A stretch of DNA of 64,000 bases from Squalus acanthias. Lineage: Eukaryota. Under the pieces are notes generated by a model. It had not been told where the DNA came from. It was given only the letters and a program-made list of their open reading frames with translations, and ran no database searches. Of this stretch, positions 38,101 to 51,614 are shown one piece after another; position 1 is the first letter of the stretch, and every line of letters begins with the position of its first letter. The DNA lies in contig CM059431.1 in NCBI GenBank assembly GCA_030390025.1, forward strand, positions 159,714,001 to 159,778,000. Reading direction: 5' to 3'. Made by a program: the position numbers and the translations under genes.

Positions 38101-39265
38101 CCAATAATACCGGAGGAGCAGTGTCCACTCTAGTGTAAGTGTAGCGCACCAATAATACCGGAGGAGCAGTGTCCACTCTAGTGTGAGTGTAGTGCACCAA
38201 TAATACCGGAGGAGCAGTGTCCACTCTAGTGTGAGTGTAGTGCACCAATAATACTGGAGGAGCCGTGTTCACTCTAGTGTAAGTGTCGTTCACAAATAAT
38301 ACAGGAGGAGCAGTGTCCACTCTTGTGCAAGTGTACTGCTGCAATAATACTGGAGGAGCAGTGTCCATTCTAGTGTAAGTGTAGTTCACCAATAATACTG
38401 GAGGAGCAGTGTCCACTCTAGTGTGAGTGTAGTGCACCAATAATACTGGAGGAGCAGTGTCCATTCTAGTGTGAGTGTAGTGCACCAATAATACCGGAGG
38501 AGCAGTGTCCATTCTAGTGTAAGTGTAGTTCACCAATAATACCGGAGGAGCAGTGTCTACTCTAGTATAAGTGTAATGCACCAATAATACTGGAGGAGCA
38601 GTGTCCACTCTAGTGTAAGTGTAATGCACCAATAATACGGGAGGAGCAGTGTCCACTCTAGTGTAAGTGAAATGCACCAATAATACCGGAGGTGCAGTGT
38701 CCACTCTAGTGTAAGTGAAATGCACCAATAATACCGGAGGAGCAGTGTCCACTCTAGTGTAAGTGTAGTGCACCAATAATACCGGAGGTGCAGTGTCCAC
38801 TCTAGTGTAAGTGTTGTTCACAATTAATACCGGAGGAGCAGTGTGCACTCTAGTTTAAGTGGAGTGCACCAATAATACTGGAGCAGCAGTGTCCACTCTA
38901 CTGTAAGTGTAGTTCACCAATAATACTTTAGGAGCAGTGTCCACTCCAGTGTAAGTGTAGTTCACCAATAATACTGTAGGAGCAGTTTCCACTCTCGTGT
39001 AAGTGTCGTTCACAAATAATACCGGAGGAGCAGTGTCCACTCTAGTGTAGGTGTAGTTCACAAATAATACTGGAGCAGCAGTGTCCACTCTATTGTAAGT
39101 GTAGTTCACCAATAATACTGTAGGAGCAGTGTCCACTCTAGTGTAAGTGTAGTTCACCAATTATACTGGAGCAGCAGTGTCCACTCTAGTGTAAGTGTAG
39201 TTCACCAATAATACTGTAGAAGCAGTGTCCACTCTAGTGTAAGTGTCGTGCACAATTATACCGGC
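35200..39265. repeat. Satellite C: 48-bp tandem repeat (about 70 copies), interrupted by a TIR element
   Basis: Consensus GAGGAGCAGTGTCCACTCTAGTGTAAGTGTAGTTCACCAATAATACCG. Preceded by degenerate monomers at about 34920-35330. Confidence 0.95.
36164..36905. mobile_element. Non-autonomous TIR DNA transposon (MITE-like, 742 bp), copy 1
   Basis: Perfect 13-bp TIRs TGGCCCAAAAATT...AATTTTTGGGCCA, flanked by AT on both sides. The satellite monomer resumes in register after it. Homologous, in inverted orientation, to 57340-58079. Confidence 0.85.
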
Positions 39266-39284
39266 ACTGAAACCACCAGTGTAA

Positions 39285-39590
39285 TTTTTGTTATTCATTC
39301 CTGGGATGTGGGCGTCGCTGTCAAGGCCAGCATTTATTGGCAATCCTCAATTGCCCTTGCGACAACTGAATGGCTTGCTCGGCCATTTCAGAGGGCAGTT
39401 AACAGTCAACTACGTTGCTGTGGGTCTGGAGACACATGTAGGCCACACCAGGCAAAGTATTCGTGAACCAGATGGGTTTTTATGACAACGGTAACCTACT
39501 GATGTTAGCTTTTTATTCCAGATTTATTAAACTGAATTCATATTCCCCAGCTGCCATGGGGTGCTTTGAACTCAAGTCTCCGAGTCATTG
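39285..39590 (-). mobile_element. tRNA-derived SINE fragment at the satellite C/D border
   Basis: Minus strand has a B-box-like GAGTTCAAAG, a body ACCCATCTGGTTCAC...GGCCTACATGTGTCTCCAGACCCACAGCAAC, and a tail GCGACGCCCACATCCCAGGAATGAATAA. I recognise this as a common shark SINE; family name not assigned. Confidence 0.65.
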
Positions 39591-39594
39591 TATG

Positions 39595-40330
39595 ACACCG
39601 CTAGTACTGGTGGAGCACAGTCACCGCTATTGTAAGTTTAGGGGTATCCCTAGTACTGGTGGAACATGGTCCCCTCTAGTATAAGTTTAGGGGTACCACT
39701 AGTATCAGTGAAGCACAGTCACCGCTTTTGTAAGTGTAGGGGTACAACTAGTACTGGTGGAGCACAGTCACCTCTAGTGTAAGTGTAGGGGTATCGATAG
39801 TACTGGTGGAGCATGGTCACCTCTAGTGTAAGTGTAGGTGTACCACTAGTACTGGTGAAACATGGTCATCTCTAGTGTAAGTGTAGGTGTACCATTAGTA
39901 TCGGTGGAGCACGGTCACCTCTAGTGTAAGTGTAGGGGTATCGATAGTACTGGTGGAGCATGGTCACCTCTAGTGTAAGTGTAGGTGTACCACTAGTACT
40001 GGTGAAACATGGTCATCTCTAGTGTAAGTGTAGGTGTACCATTAGTATCGGTGGAGCACGGTCACCTCTAGTGTAAGTGTAGGGGTATCGCTAGTACTGG
40101 TGGAGCACGGTCACCTCGAGTGTAAGTGTAGGGGTACCAGTAGTACTGGTGGAGCACAGACAACGCTAGTGTAAGTGTAGAGGTATCGCTAGTACAGGTG
40201 GAGCACGGTCACCGCTATTGTAAGTGTAGGGGTACCGCTAGTACTAGTGTAGTGTAAGTGGTGCTGCACCACTGGTACCGGAGGAGCACTGTCACATCTA
40301 GTGTAAACTTAGGGGTAAAATAGAACTTGA
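39595..40330. repeat. Satellite D: 49-bp tandem repeat (about 15 copies)
   Basis: Consensus TAGTACTGGTGGAGCA(T/C)GGTCACCTCTAGTGTAAGTGTAGG(G/T)GTACCAC. A 147-bp (3-monomer) block is duplicated at about 39791 and 39938. Confidence 0.9.
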
Positions 40331-40434
40331 GGAAGATGTGCGTAGGGAAGCACTAGTACTGGTGAAGCACGGTAAAATATAGAGTAAGTGTAGGGACCCA
40401 CAAGTACTGGAGGAGCAGGGTCACATATAGTGTA

Positions 40435-40525
40435 AAAAATTGAGAATAGGCACAACATGAGGTTACAGTAAAACAGCTTGATTTGAAATCACAAGCTTTC
40501 AGAGCGCTGCTCCTTCGTCAGGTGA
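40435..40525 (-). mobile_element. Short PLE 3'-end insert with hammerhead motif
   Basis: Diverged homolog of 52-137, inserted after CACATATAGTGTA. Confidence 0.8.
40489..40525 (-). ncRNA. Minimal hammerhead ribozyme motif, copy 2
   Basis: Reverse complement: TCAC-CTGACGA-A-GGAGC-AGC-GCTCT-GAAA-GCT-T-GTGA. Confidence 0.7.
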
Positions 40526-42081
40526 CGAATGGAGGAAAACGGTGAAATATAGTGTAAGTGTAGGGAACCACTAGTACTGGAGGAGCATGGTCACGTATAG
40601 TGTAAGTGTAGGGAACCACTAGTACTGGAGGAGCATAGTCACATATAGTGTAAGGGTAGGGCACCACGAGTACTGGAGGAGATGGTCACATATAGTGTAA
40701 GTGTGGGGTACCACTAGTACTGGAGGAGCACGGTCACATATAGTGTAAGTGTAGGGAACCACCAGTACTGGAGGAGCACGATCGCATATAGTGTAAGTGT
40801 AGGGAACCACTAGTACTGTAGGAGCATGGTCACATATAGTGTCAGTGTATGGAAACACTAGTACTGGAAGAGCACGGTCACATATAGATTAAGTGTGGGG
40901 AACCATTTGTACAGGAGGAGCTGATCACATATAGTGTAAGTGTAGGGAACCACTAGTACTGAAAGAGCACGGTCTCATATACAGTAAGTGTGGGGAACCA
41001 TTAGTACTGGAGAAGCATTGTCACATATAGTGTAAGTGTAGGGAACCGCTATTACTGGAGGACATGGTCACATATAAAGTAAGTGTAGCGAACCGCTAGT
41101 ACTGGAGGAGAAAGATCACATGTAGAGTCATTATAGGGAACCAATAGTACTGGAGGAGCATGGTCACATATAGTGCAAGTGTAGGGATTCACTAATACTG
41201 GAGGAGTATGGTCACATACAGTGTAATTGTAGGGAATCACTAGTACTGGAGGAGCACGGTCACATATAGTGGAAGTGTAGGGAACCACCAGTACTGGAGC
41301 AGCACGGTAACATATAGAGTAAGTGTAGGGAACAACTAGTACTGGAGGAGCACGGTCACATACAGTATAAGTGTAGGGATCCACTAGTACTGGAGGAGCA
41401 GGGTCACATATAGTGTAAGTGTGGGGAACAACTAGTACTAGAGGAGCTGGTCACATATCGTGTAAGTGTGGGGAACCATTAGTACAGGAGGAGCTGGTCA
41501 GAAATAGATTAAGTGTAGGGAACCACTAGTACTGGAGGAGAAGGTCACATATAGTGTAAGTGTGGGGAACAACTAGTACTAGAGGAGCTGGTCACATATC
41601 GTGTAAGTGTAGGGAACCTTTAGTACAGGAGGAGCTGTTCAGATATAGTTTAAGTGTAGGGAACCACTAGTACTGGAGGAACATGGTCACATTAAAGTAA
41701 GTGTAGTGAAACACTACTACTAGAGGAGCTGGTCTCATATAGTGTAAGTGTAGGGAACCATTAGTACTGGAGGAGCGCGGTCACATATAGTGTAAGTGTA
41801 GGGAACCATAAGTACTGGAGGAGCAGGTTCACATATGGAGTAAGTATGGGGAATCACTGGTACTGGAGGAGAACGGCCAAATATAGTGTAAGCGTGGGGA
41901 ATCACTCGTACTGGGGGAGCACGGTCATATATAGTGTAAGTGTAGGGAACCACTAGTACTGGAGTAGCACGGTCACATATAGTGTAAGTGTAGGGAACCA
42001 ATAGTACTGTAGGACATGGTCACATATATTGTAAGTGTAGGGAACCATTAGTACTGGAGGAGCACGGTCACATATAGTGTA

Positions 42082-42287
42082 CAAAAATGACAAGTCGCAC
42101 AACACCAGGTTATAGTCCAACAGATTTATTTAATTTTACAAGCTTTCGGAACAGTTCGCTCCTTCGTCAGGTAAGTTAGCAGTGAGAGAATCTCCCAGAA
42201 TTCACAATTTAAACACAGACAAAATATATTCAAATCTTTCCTACATTTTTGTCCACCCCAGTCCAACGCCTGCATCTCCACATCATG
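42082..42287. mobile_element. PLE-end insert with two oppositely oriented segments
   Basis: 12-bp TSD ACATATAGTGTA (42070-42081 and 42288-42299). An antisense hammerhead-bearing segment is joined to the sense terminal segment GTCCACCCCAGTCCAACGCCTGCATCTCCACATCAT. Confidence 0.85.
42136..42174 (-). ncRNA. Minimal hammerhead ribozyme motif, copy 3
   Basis: Reverse complement: TTAC-CTGACGA-A-GGAGC-GAACT-GTTCC-GAAA-GCT-T-GTAA. Compensatory stem I change relative to the other copies. Confidence 0.75.
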
Positions 42288-44500
42288 ACATATAGTGTAA
42301 GAATAGGGAAACACTAGTACTGGAGGAGCATGGTCACATATAAAGTCAGTGAAGGGAACCGCTAGTACTGGAGGAACAAGGTCACATATAGAGTAAGTGC
42401 AGGGAAGCACTAGTACTGGAGGAGCATTGTCACATATACAGGAGGAGTAGGGAACCACAAGTACTGGAAGAGCACGGTAACATATAGTGTAATTGTAGGG
42501 AACCACTAGTACCGGATGAGCATGGTCACATATAGTGTAAGTGTAGGCAACCACTAGTACTGGAGGCACATGGTCACATATAGTGTGAATGTAGGGAACC
42601 ACTAGTACTGGTGGAGCACGGTCACATATAGAGTAAGTGTAGGGAACTACTAGTACTGGAGGAGGACGGTCACATATAGAGTAAGTGTAGGGAACCACTA
42701 GTACCGGATGAGCATGGTCACATATAGTGTAAGTGTAGGGAACCACTAGTACTAGAGGAGCATGGTCATATATAGAGTAAGTGTAGGGAACCACTAGTAC
42801 TGGAAGAGCATGGTCACATATAGAGTAACTGTAGGGAACCACTAGTACCGGATGAGCATGGTCACATATAGTGTAAGTGTAGGGAACCACTAGTACTAGA
42901 GGAGCATGGTCATATATAGAGTAAGTGTGGGGAACCACTAGTACTGGAGGAGCATGCTCACAAATAGTGTAAGTGTAGGGAACCACTAGTACTGGAAGAG
43001 CAGGGTCACACATTGTGTAAGTGTATGGAACAACTAGTACTAGAGGAGCTGGTCACATATAGTGTAAGTGTAGGGTAACATTAGTACTGGAGGAGCATGG
43101 CCACATATAGAGTAAGTGTAGGGAACCACTAGTACTGGAAGAGCAGGGTCACACATTGTGTAAGTGTATGGAACAACTAGTACTAGAGGAGCTGGTCACA
43201 TATAGTGTAAGTGTAGGGTAACATTAGTACTGGAGGAGCACGGCCACATATAGAGTAAGTGTACGGAACCACTAGTACAGGAGGAGCATGCTCACATGTA
43301 CTGTAAGAGTAGGGAACCACTAGTACTGGAACAGCAGGGTCAAACATTGTGTAAGTGTAGGGAGCAACTAGTACTAGAGGAGCTGGTCATATATAGTGTA
43401 AGTGTAGGGAACCACGAGTACTGCAAGAGCACGGTCACATATAGAGTAAGTGTAGGGAACCACTAATAATGGAGGAGCATGGTCTCATATAGAGTAAGTG
43501 CAGGGAACGACTAATACTGGAGGAGCAAGGTCACATATAGTGTAAGTGTTGGGAACCACTAGTACTGGAGGAGCATTGTCACAGATCTAGTAAGTGGAGG
43601 GAACCACTAGTACTGGAGGAGCATGATCACATATAGTGTAAGTGTAGGGAACCACTAGTACTGGAAGAGCAGGGTCACAGATCGAGTAAGTGTAGGGAAC
43701 CACTAGGATTGGAGGAGCATGCTCACATATACTGTAAGTGTAGGGAACCACTAGTACTGGAAGAGCAGGGTCACACATTGTGTAAGTGTAGGGAGCAACT
43801 AGTACTAGAGTAGCTGGTCATATATAGTTTAATGTAGGGAACCACGAGTACTGCAAGAGCACGGTCACATATAGAGTAAGTGCAGGGAACGACTAATACT
43901 GGAGGAGCATTATCACGTATGGTGAAAGTGTAGGGAACCACTAGTACTGGAGGAGCATTATCACATATAATGTAAGTGTAGGTTCCCACTAGTACTGGAG
44001 GAGCATTATCACATATAATGTAAGTGTAGGTTCCCACTAGTACTGGAGGAGCATTATCACATATAGTGAAAGTGTAGGGAACCACTAGTACTTGAGGAGC
44101 ACGGTCACATACAGAGTAAGTGTAGGGAACCATACCTTCTGGTGTAGCACGGTCACATATAGAGTAAGTGTAGGGAACCACCAGTACTGGATGAGCAAGG
44201 TCACATATAGTGTGAGTTTAGGGGAATCACTTGTACTGGAAGAGCATGATCACATATAGTGTAAGTGTAGGGAACCAATAGTACAGTTCAGCTGGTCACA
44301 TATAAGAATATAAGAACATAAGAAATAGGAGTAGGAGTAGACCAATCGGCCACTCGAGCCTGCTCCGCCATTCAATGAGATCATGGCTGATCTGATCCAA
44401 CCCCAACTCTAAAGAACACAAGAAGTAGGAGCAGGACCAGGCCACTCGGTCCCTGGGCCCGCTCTGCCACCCACAGGGCTTGACCGATCCGAACTCAAAC

Positions 44501-47446
44501 TCATGTCCAATTTCCAGCCCGCTCCCCGTAACCCCTGATTCCCTTTACTTCTAGGAAACGGTCTATTTCTGTTTTAAATTTATTTAATGAAGTAGCTTCC
44601 ACAGCTTCCTGGGGTAGCATATTCCACAGACCCACTACCCTCTGAGTGAAAAAGTTTCTCCTCATCTCAGTTTTGAAAGAGAAGCCCCTTATTCTAAGAT
44701 TATGTCCCCTAATTCTAGTTTCACCCATCATTGGGAACATCCTCACCGCGTCCACCCGATCAAGCCCCTTCACAATCTTATATGTTTCAATAAGATCGCC
44801 TCTCATTCTTCTGAACTCCAATGAGTAGAGTCCCAATCTACTCAACCTCTCCTCGTATGTCCACCCCCTCATCCCCGGAATTAACCGAGTGAACCTTCTT
44901 TGTACTGCTTCGAGAGCAAGTATGTCTTTTCTTAAGTATGGACACCAAAACTGTATGCAGTACTCCAGGTGCGATCTCACCAATACCCTATACAACTGCA
45001 GCAATACCTCCCTGTTTTTATATTCTATCCCCCTAGCAATAAAAGCCAACATTCCATTGGCTTTCTTGATCACCTGCTGCACCTGCATACTAACTTTCTG
45101 ATTTTCTTGCACCAAGACCCCCAGATCCCTTTGTACTGCAGTACTTTCCAGTTTCTCGCCATTAAGATAATAACTTGCTCTCTGATTTTTCCTGCCAAAG
45201 TGCATAACCTCACATTTTCCAATATTGTATTGCATCTGCCAAATCTCTGCCCACTCACCCAGCCTGTCTATATCCCCTTGTAGGTTTTTTATGTCCTCCT
45301 CACTCTCTACTTTCCCTCTCATCTTTGTATCATCTGCAAACTTTGATATGTTACACTCGGTCCCCTCCTCCAAATCGTTAATATAGATTGTAAAGAGTTG
45401 GGGACCCAGCACCGACCCCTGCGGAGCACCACTGGCTACTGGTTGCCAGTCCGAGAATGAACCATTTATCCCAACTCTCTGCTTCCTGTTAGATAATCAA
45501 TCCTCCACCCATGCCAGAATATTACACCCAATCCAGTGATTTTTTATCTTGAGTAATAATCTTTTATGTGGCACCTTGTCGAATGCCTTCTGGAAGTCTA
45601 AATACACTACATCCACTGGTTCCCCTTTATCCACCCTGTACGTTATGTCCTCAAAGAACTCGAGCAAATTTGTCAGACATGACTTCCCATTCATAAAGCC
45701 ATGCTGACTTTGTCCTATTAAATTATATTTATCTAAATGTTCCGTTACTGTCTCCTTAATAATAGACTCCAAAATTTTACCCACCACAGATGTTAGGCTA
45801 ACTGGTCTATAATTTCCAGCCTTCTGCCTACAACCCTTTTTAAATAAGGGTGTTACATTAGCAGTTTTCCAATCTGCCGGGACCTTTGCTGAGTTTTAGG
45901 GAGTTTTGGAAAATTATTACCAAAGCATCCACAATTCCTACTGCCACTTCCCTCAAGACCCTAGGATGTAAGCCATCAGGTCCAGGGGATTTATCCGCCT
46001 TGAGTCCCATTATTTTACTGAGTACCAATTCCTTAGTGATTTTAATCGTATTTAGCTCCTCCCCCACTAGAGCCCCCTGTTTGTCCAGTGTTGGGATATT
46101 CTTAGTGTCCTCTACCGTAAAGACTGAAACAAAATATTTGTTCAGCATTTTTGCCATCTCCATGTTTCCCACCATTAATTTCCCGGTCTCATCCTCTAAG
46201 GGACCTACGTTTGCCTTAACCACCCTTTTTCTTTTTATATAACTATAGAAACTCTTGCTATCTGTTTTTATATTTTTCGCTAATTTATTTTCATAGTCTA
46301 TTTTCCCTTTTTTAATCAATCCTTTAGTTACTTTTTGTTGTCTTTTGAAGACTTCCCAATCTTCTATCCTCCCACTAACTTTGGCTACCTTATATGTCCT
46401 TGTTATTAGTTGGATACTTTCTTTAATTTCTTTACTTAGCCATGGATGGCTGTCATTTCTTTTACAGCCTTTTTTCCTCAGTGGAATATATTTATTTTGA
46501 AAGTTGTAAAATAACTCCTTGAATGAACACCACTGCTCATGTACCGTCTTACCCTTTAATCTATTTTCCCAGTCCACTTTAATCAATTCTGCTCTCATGC
46601 CATCATAGTCTCCTTTTTTCAAGCTCAGTATGCTTGTTTGAGAACCAACCTTCTCACCCTCTAATTTGATATGGAATTCAACCATGTTTTGGTCACTCAT
46701 TCCAAGGGGATCCTTAACTAGGACATTATTAATTAATCCAGACTCATTACACAGTAGCAGGTCCAAGGTTGCTTGCCCCCTTGTAGGATCAGTAACACAC
46801 TGCTCAAGAAATCCATCCCTAAGACACTCAATAAACTCTTCCTCAAGGCTGCCCTGCCCAATTTTATTTGTCCAGTTAATATGATAGTTAAAATCCCCCA
46901 TAATTATAGCTGTTCCCTTATTACATGCCCCAACTATTTCCTGATTAATACTTCTTCCAACAGAGTTGCAACTATTAGGAGTCCTATATACTACGCCCAC
47001 CAGTGTTTTTTTCCCCTTATTATTCCTTATCTCTACCCAAACTGTTTCATTATCCTGATCTTTTGACCCAATATCATTTCTCTGTATTACAGTGATTCCT
47101 TCCTTTATTAACATAGCCACCCCCCCCCCCCTCCCCTTCCTTCCTGCCTGTCCTTCCTGATTGTTAAATACCCTGGCATATTTAATTCCCAGACGTTGTC
47201 AACCTGCAGCCATGTTTCTGTAATGGCCACAAGATCATACCCATACATAGTTATTTGTGCCGTTAACTCGTCAATTTTGTTACGAATGCTACGTGCATTC
47301 AGATAAAGAACATTCAAATGTGTTTTGCGACACTTACTTCCTGCTTTTTCCTTATTTAACACTTTACCTTTTACTCCATACCTTCTGTCCGTTCCTGACA
47401 TGCTTTCCTCTGTCTCCCTGCTCAGGTTCCCAACCCCCTGCCACAT
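44501..47446 (-). pseudogene. CR1 ORF2 (APE endonuclease plus reverse transcriptase), disrupted
   Basis: Motifs YLNARS, AITETW, GDFN, LDLLL, KSPGPDG, LDFQKAFDKVPH and FADD. Frameshifts at the poly-C near 47120 and near 45890, and an in-frame TGA at about 45497. Confidence 0.93.
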
Positions 47447-48393
47447 TAGTTTAAATCCTCCCCAACAGCACTAGCAAACACTCCACTAGGACAGCTGTCC
47501 CGGCCCTGCCCAGGTGCAGACCGTCCGGTTTGTACTGGTCCCACCTCCCCCAGAACCGGTTCCAATGTCCCAGGAATTTGAATCCCTCCCCCTTGCACCA
47601 TTCCTCTAGACACGTATTCATTTGAAATATCCTCCTATTTCTACTCTGACTAGCACGTGGCACTGGTAGCAATCCTGAGATTACTACCTTTGAGGTCCTA
47701 CTTTTTTAATTTACCTCCTAACTCCCTATATTCTGCTTTTAGGACCTCATCCCCTTTTTTACCTATATCGTTGGTGCCTATGTGCACCACGACAGCTGGC
47801 TGTTCGCCCTCCCCCTCCAAAATGTTCTGTAGCCGCTCCGAGACGTCCTTGACCCTTGCACCAGGGAGGCAACACACCATCCTGCAGTCTCGGTTGCGGC
47901 CGCAGAAACGCCTATCTATTCCCCTTACAATTGAGTCCCCTATCACTATAGCTCTTCCATTCTTTTTCCTCCCAGCCTGTGCAGCAGAGCCGCCCATGGT
48001 GCCAGGAATTTGGCTGCTGCTGCCTTCCCCTAAGTCATCCCCCCCAACAGTATCCAAAGCGGTATATCTGTTTGAGAGGGGGATGGCCACAGGGGACCCC
48101 TGCACTACCTGCCTGCACCTCCTACTCTGCCTGGTGGTCATCCATTCCCTTCCTGCCTGTACACACTTCACCTGCGGTGTGACCAACTCACTAAACGTGC
48201 TATCCACGAGGTTCTCAGCATCGCGAATGCTCCAATATGCATCCAGCCGCAGCTCCAGCGCCGCAATGCGGGCTGTCAGTAGCTGAAGCTGGAAACACTT
48301 CCCGCACACATGGTCGTCAGGGACACTGGAAGGGTCCCTGATTTCCCACATAGAGCAGAAGGAGCACAACACGGGGCTGGGCTGTCCTGCCAT
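47446..48393 (-). pseudogene. CR1 ORF1 (zinc finger/coiled coil plus SGNH esterase), disrupted
   Basis: CxxC...CxxC N-terminus; GDSIVRG, HIGTND and DGLHL SGNH blocks. Frameshifts near 47700 and 47485. Confidence 0.9.
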
Positions 48394-51300
48394 GAATTAC
48401 CCTTTAATTAATTGAACTTTAATTAAATCAAATCAATACCACCAATTTCACTCAATTAAATGAATTACTCAAGGGCCCTTGGTTACTAGCACTAGAAATT
48501 ATAATCACAAAATTAAGATCTTCGAAACTTTATAAACTATGAACCTTAACTATCAAACTATAAAGTAGTATAAATACTAACCGGCCGTACTCACCCAATC
48601 AGTCGCTCCCTCCTCCCCACGTCACGTTTTGAATCGTAACGTGGCTCTGGAAGTCCGCCGCCGTTCTGAGATTGGTAAACCTCTGCAAACTAAAGCCCGC
48701 ATATACTGTAAGTGTAGGGGAAACACTACTACTGGAGGAGATGGTCACATGTAGAGTAACTGTAGGGAACCACTATTACAGGAGGAGCAAGGTCACATAT
48801 AATGTAAGTGTAGGGAACCACTAGTACTGGAGGAGATGGTCACATGTAGAGTAACTGTAGGGAACCACTAGTACTGGAGGAGTATGGTCACATATAATGT
48901 AAGTGTAGGGAACCACTAGTACTGGAGAAGCATGGTCAAATATAGAGTACGTGTAGGGAATCACTAGTACTGGAGGAGCTGGTCACATATAGTGTAAGTG
49001 TAGGGAACCATTAGTACTGGAGTACATGGTAACATATAGTGTCAGTGTAGGGAACCACTAGTACTGGAGGAGCATTGTCACATATAGTGTAAGTGTAGGG
49101 AACCAACAGTACTGGAATAGCAGGATCACATGTAGCGTAAGTGTAGGGAACCACAAGTAATGGAGGAGCATGGACACATATAGTGTAAGTGTAGGGAACC
49201 ACTAGTACTGGAGGAGCACGGTCACATATAGAGTGAGTGTAGGGAACCACCAGTACTGGAGGAGCACGGTGACATATAGCGTAAGTGTAGGGAATCACTA
49301 GTACTGGAGGAGCACGGTCACATATAGAGTAAGTGTAGGGAACCACTAGTACTGGAGGAGGAGGATCACATAGAGAGTAAGTTTAGGGAAACACTAGTAC
49401 TGGAGGAGCACGGTCCCATATAGAGTAAGTTTAGGGATCCTCTAGTACTGGAAGAGCATGGTCTCATATAGAGTAAGTGTAGGGAACCATTAGTACTGGT
49501 GGAGCATTATCAAAAATAGAGTAAGTGTAGGGAACCGCTAGTACTGGAGGAGCACGGTCACAAATAGAGTAATTGTAGGGAACCACTTGTAATGGAGGAG
49601 CTGGTCACATATAGTGTAAGTGTGGGGTAACACCAGTACTGGAGGAGCACGGTTACATATAGTGTAAGTTGAGGGAACAATTAGTAATGGAGGAGCAGGG
49701 TCACATATAGTGTAAGTGTAGGGAACCAATAGTACTAGAGTAACATGTTCACATGTAGAGTAAGTGTAGGGAAACACTACTACTAGAGGAGCTTGTCTCA
49801 TATAGTGTAAGTGTAGGGAACCACTAGTACTGTAGGAGCATGGTCACATATAGAATAAGTGTAGGGAACCACTAGTACTGGAGGGGCATGCTCACATATA
49901 GAATAAGTGTAGGGAACCACTAGTACTGGAGGGGCATGCTCACATACAGTGTAAGTGTAGGGAAACCCTAGTACTGGAAGAGCAAGGTCACTTATCCTGT
50001 AAGTGTGGGGAACCACTAGTACTGGAAGAGCTGTTCACATATTGAGTAAGTGTAGGGATCCACGAGTACTGGGGGGGCATGATCACATTTCGTGTAAAAG
50101 TTGGGAACCACTAGTACTTTTGGAGCATGGTCACATATATTGTAAGTTTAGGTAAACACTAGTACTGGATTAGCACGGTCACATATAGTGTCAGTGTGGG
50201 GAACCACTAGTACTGGATTAGCACGGTCACATATAGAGTAAGTGTAGGGAACCATTAGTAGTAGAGGAGCATTGTCACATATCGAGTAAGTGTAGGGAAC
50301 CACTAGCAGTGGAGGAGCATGATCTCATATAGTGTAAGTGTAGTGAACCACTAGCAGTGGAGGAGCATGTTCTCACATAGTGAAAGCGTAGGGAACCATT
50401 AGTACTAGAGGCGCATGGTCACATATGGTGTAAGTGTGGGGAACCATTAGTACAGGAGGAGATGGTAAGATATAGTGTAAGTGTAGGGAACCACTCGTAC
50501 TGGAGGAACATGTTTACATGTAGAGTAAGTGTAGGGAAACACTACTACTAGAGGAGCTGGTCTCATATATTGTTAGTGTAGGGACCCATTACTACTGGAG
50601 GAGCATGGTCACATATTGGGTAAGTGTGGGGAACCACTAGTGCTGGAGGAGGACGGTAACATATAGTGTAAGTGCATGGAACCATTAGTACTGGAAGAGC
50701 AGGTTCACATTTCGTGTAAGTGTAGCGTACAACTAGTACTGGAGGAGAATGGTCACATATAGTGTAAGTGTAGGGAACCACTAGTACTGGAGGAGCACGA
50801 TCACATATAGAGTAAGTGTAGGGAACCATTAATACTGGAGGACATGGTAACATATAGTGTAAGTGTAGGGAACCACTAGTAAAGGAGGAGAATGGTAACA
50901 TATAGAGTAAGTGTAGGGAACTACTAGTACTGGAGGAGGACGGTCACATATAGTGTATGTGTATGGAACCACCAGTACTGGAAGAGCATGATCACATATA
51001 GTGTAAGTGTAGGGAACCACTAGTACTGGAGGAGCATGTTCACATATAGAGTAAGTGTAGGGAACCACTAGTACTGGAAGAGCATGATCACATATAGTAT
51101 AAGTGTAGGGAACCACTAGTACTGGAGGAGCATGGTCATATATAGTGTAAGTGTAGGGAACCACTAGTACTGGGGAGCACGGTCACATATAGTATAAGTG
51201 TAGGGAACCACTAGTACTGGAAGAGCAGGGTCACATATAGTGTAAGTGTAGGGAACCACTTGTACTGGAAAAGCATGGTCACATATAGAGTAATGTAGGG

Positions 51301-51614
51301 AACCACGAGTACTGGAGCAGCACGGTAACATATAGTGTAAGTGTAGGGAACCATTAGTACTGGGGGAGCACGGTCACATATAGTATATGTGTAGGAAACC
51401 ACTAGTACTGGAAGAGCAGGGTCACATATAGTGTAAGTGTAGGGAACCACTAGTACTGGAGGAGCACGGTCACATACAGTGTAAGTGAAGGGAACCAATT
51501 GTACTGGAGGACATGGTCACATATATTGTAAGTGTGGGGATCCACTATTACTGGAGGAGCATGGTCACATATAGAGTAAGTGTAGGGAACCACTAGTACT
51601 GGATCAGCATGGTC

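Larger units (their letters stand above)
44305..48699 (-). mobile_element. Full-length CR1 LINE (about 4.4 kb) inserted in satellite E
   Basis: 5' UTR, ORF1, ORF2, 3' UTR and ATAAGAAC-type tail. TSD CATATA at 44299-44304 and 48700-48705. Confidence 0.95.

Noticed and set aside
44305..48699. Active, intact CR1
   Set aside because: At least four frameshifts and one in-frame stop across ORF1 and ORF2, not all of them in homopolymers.
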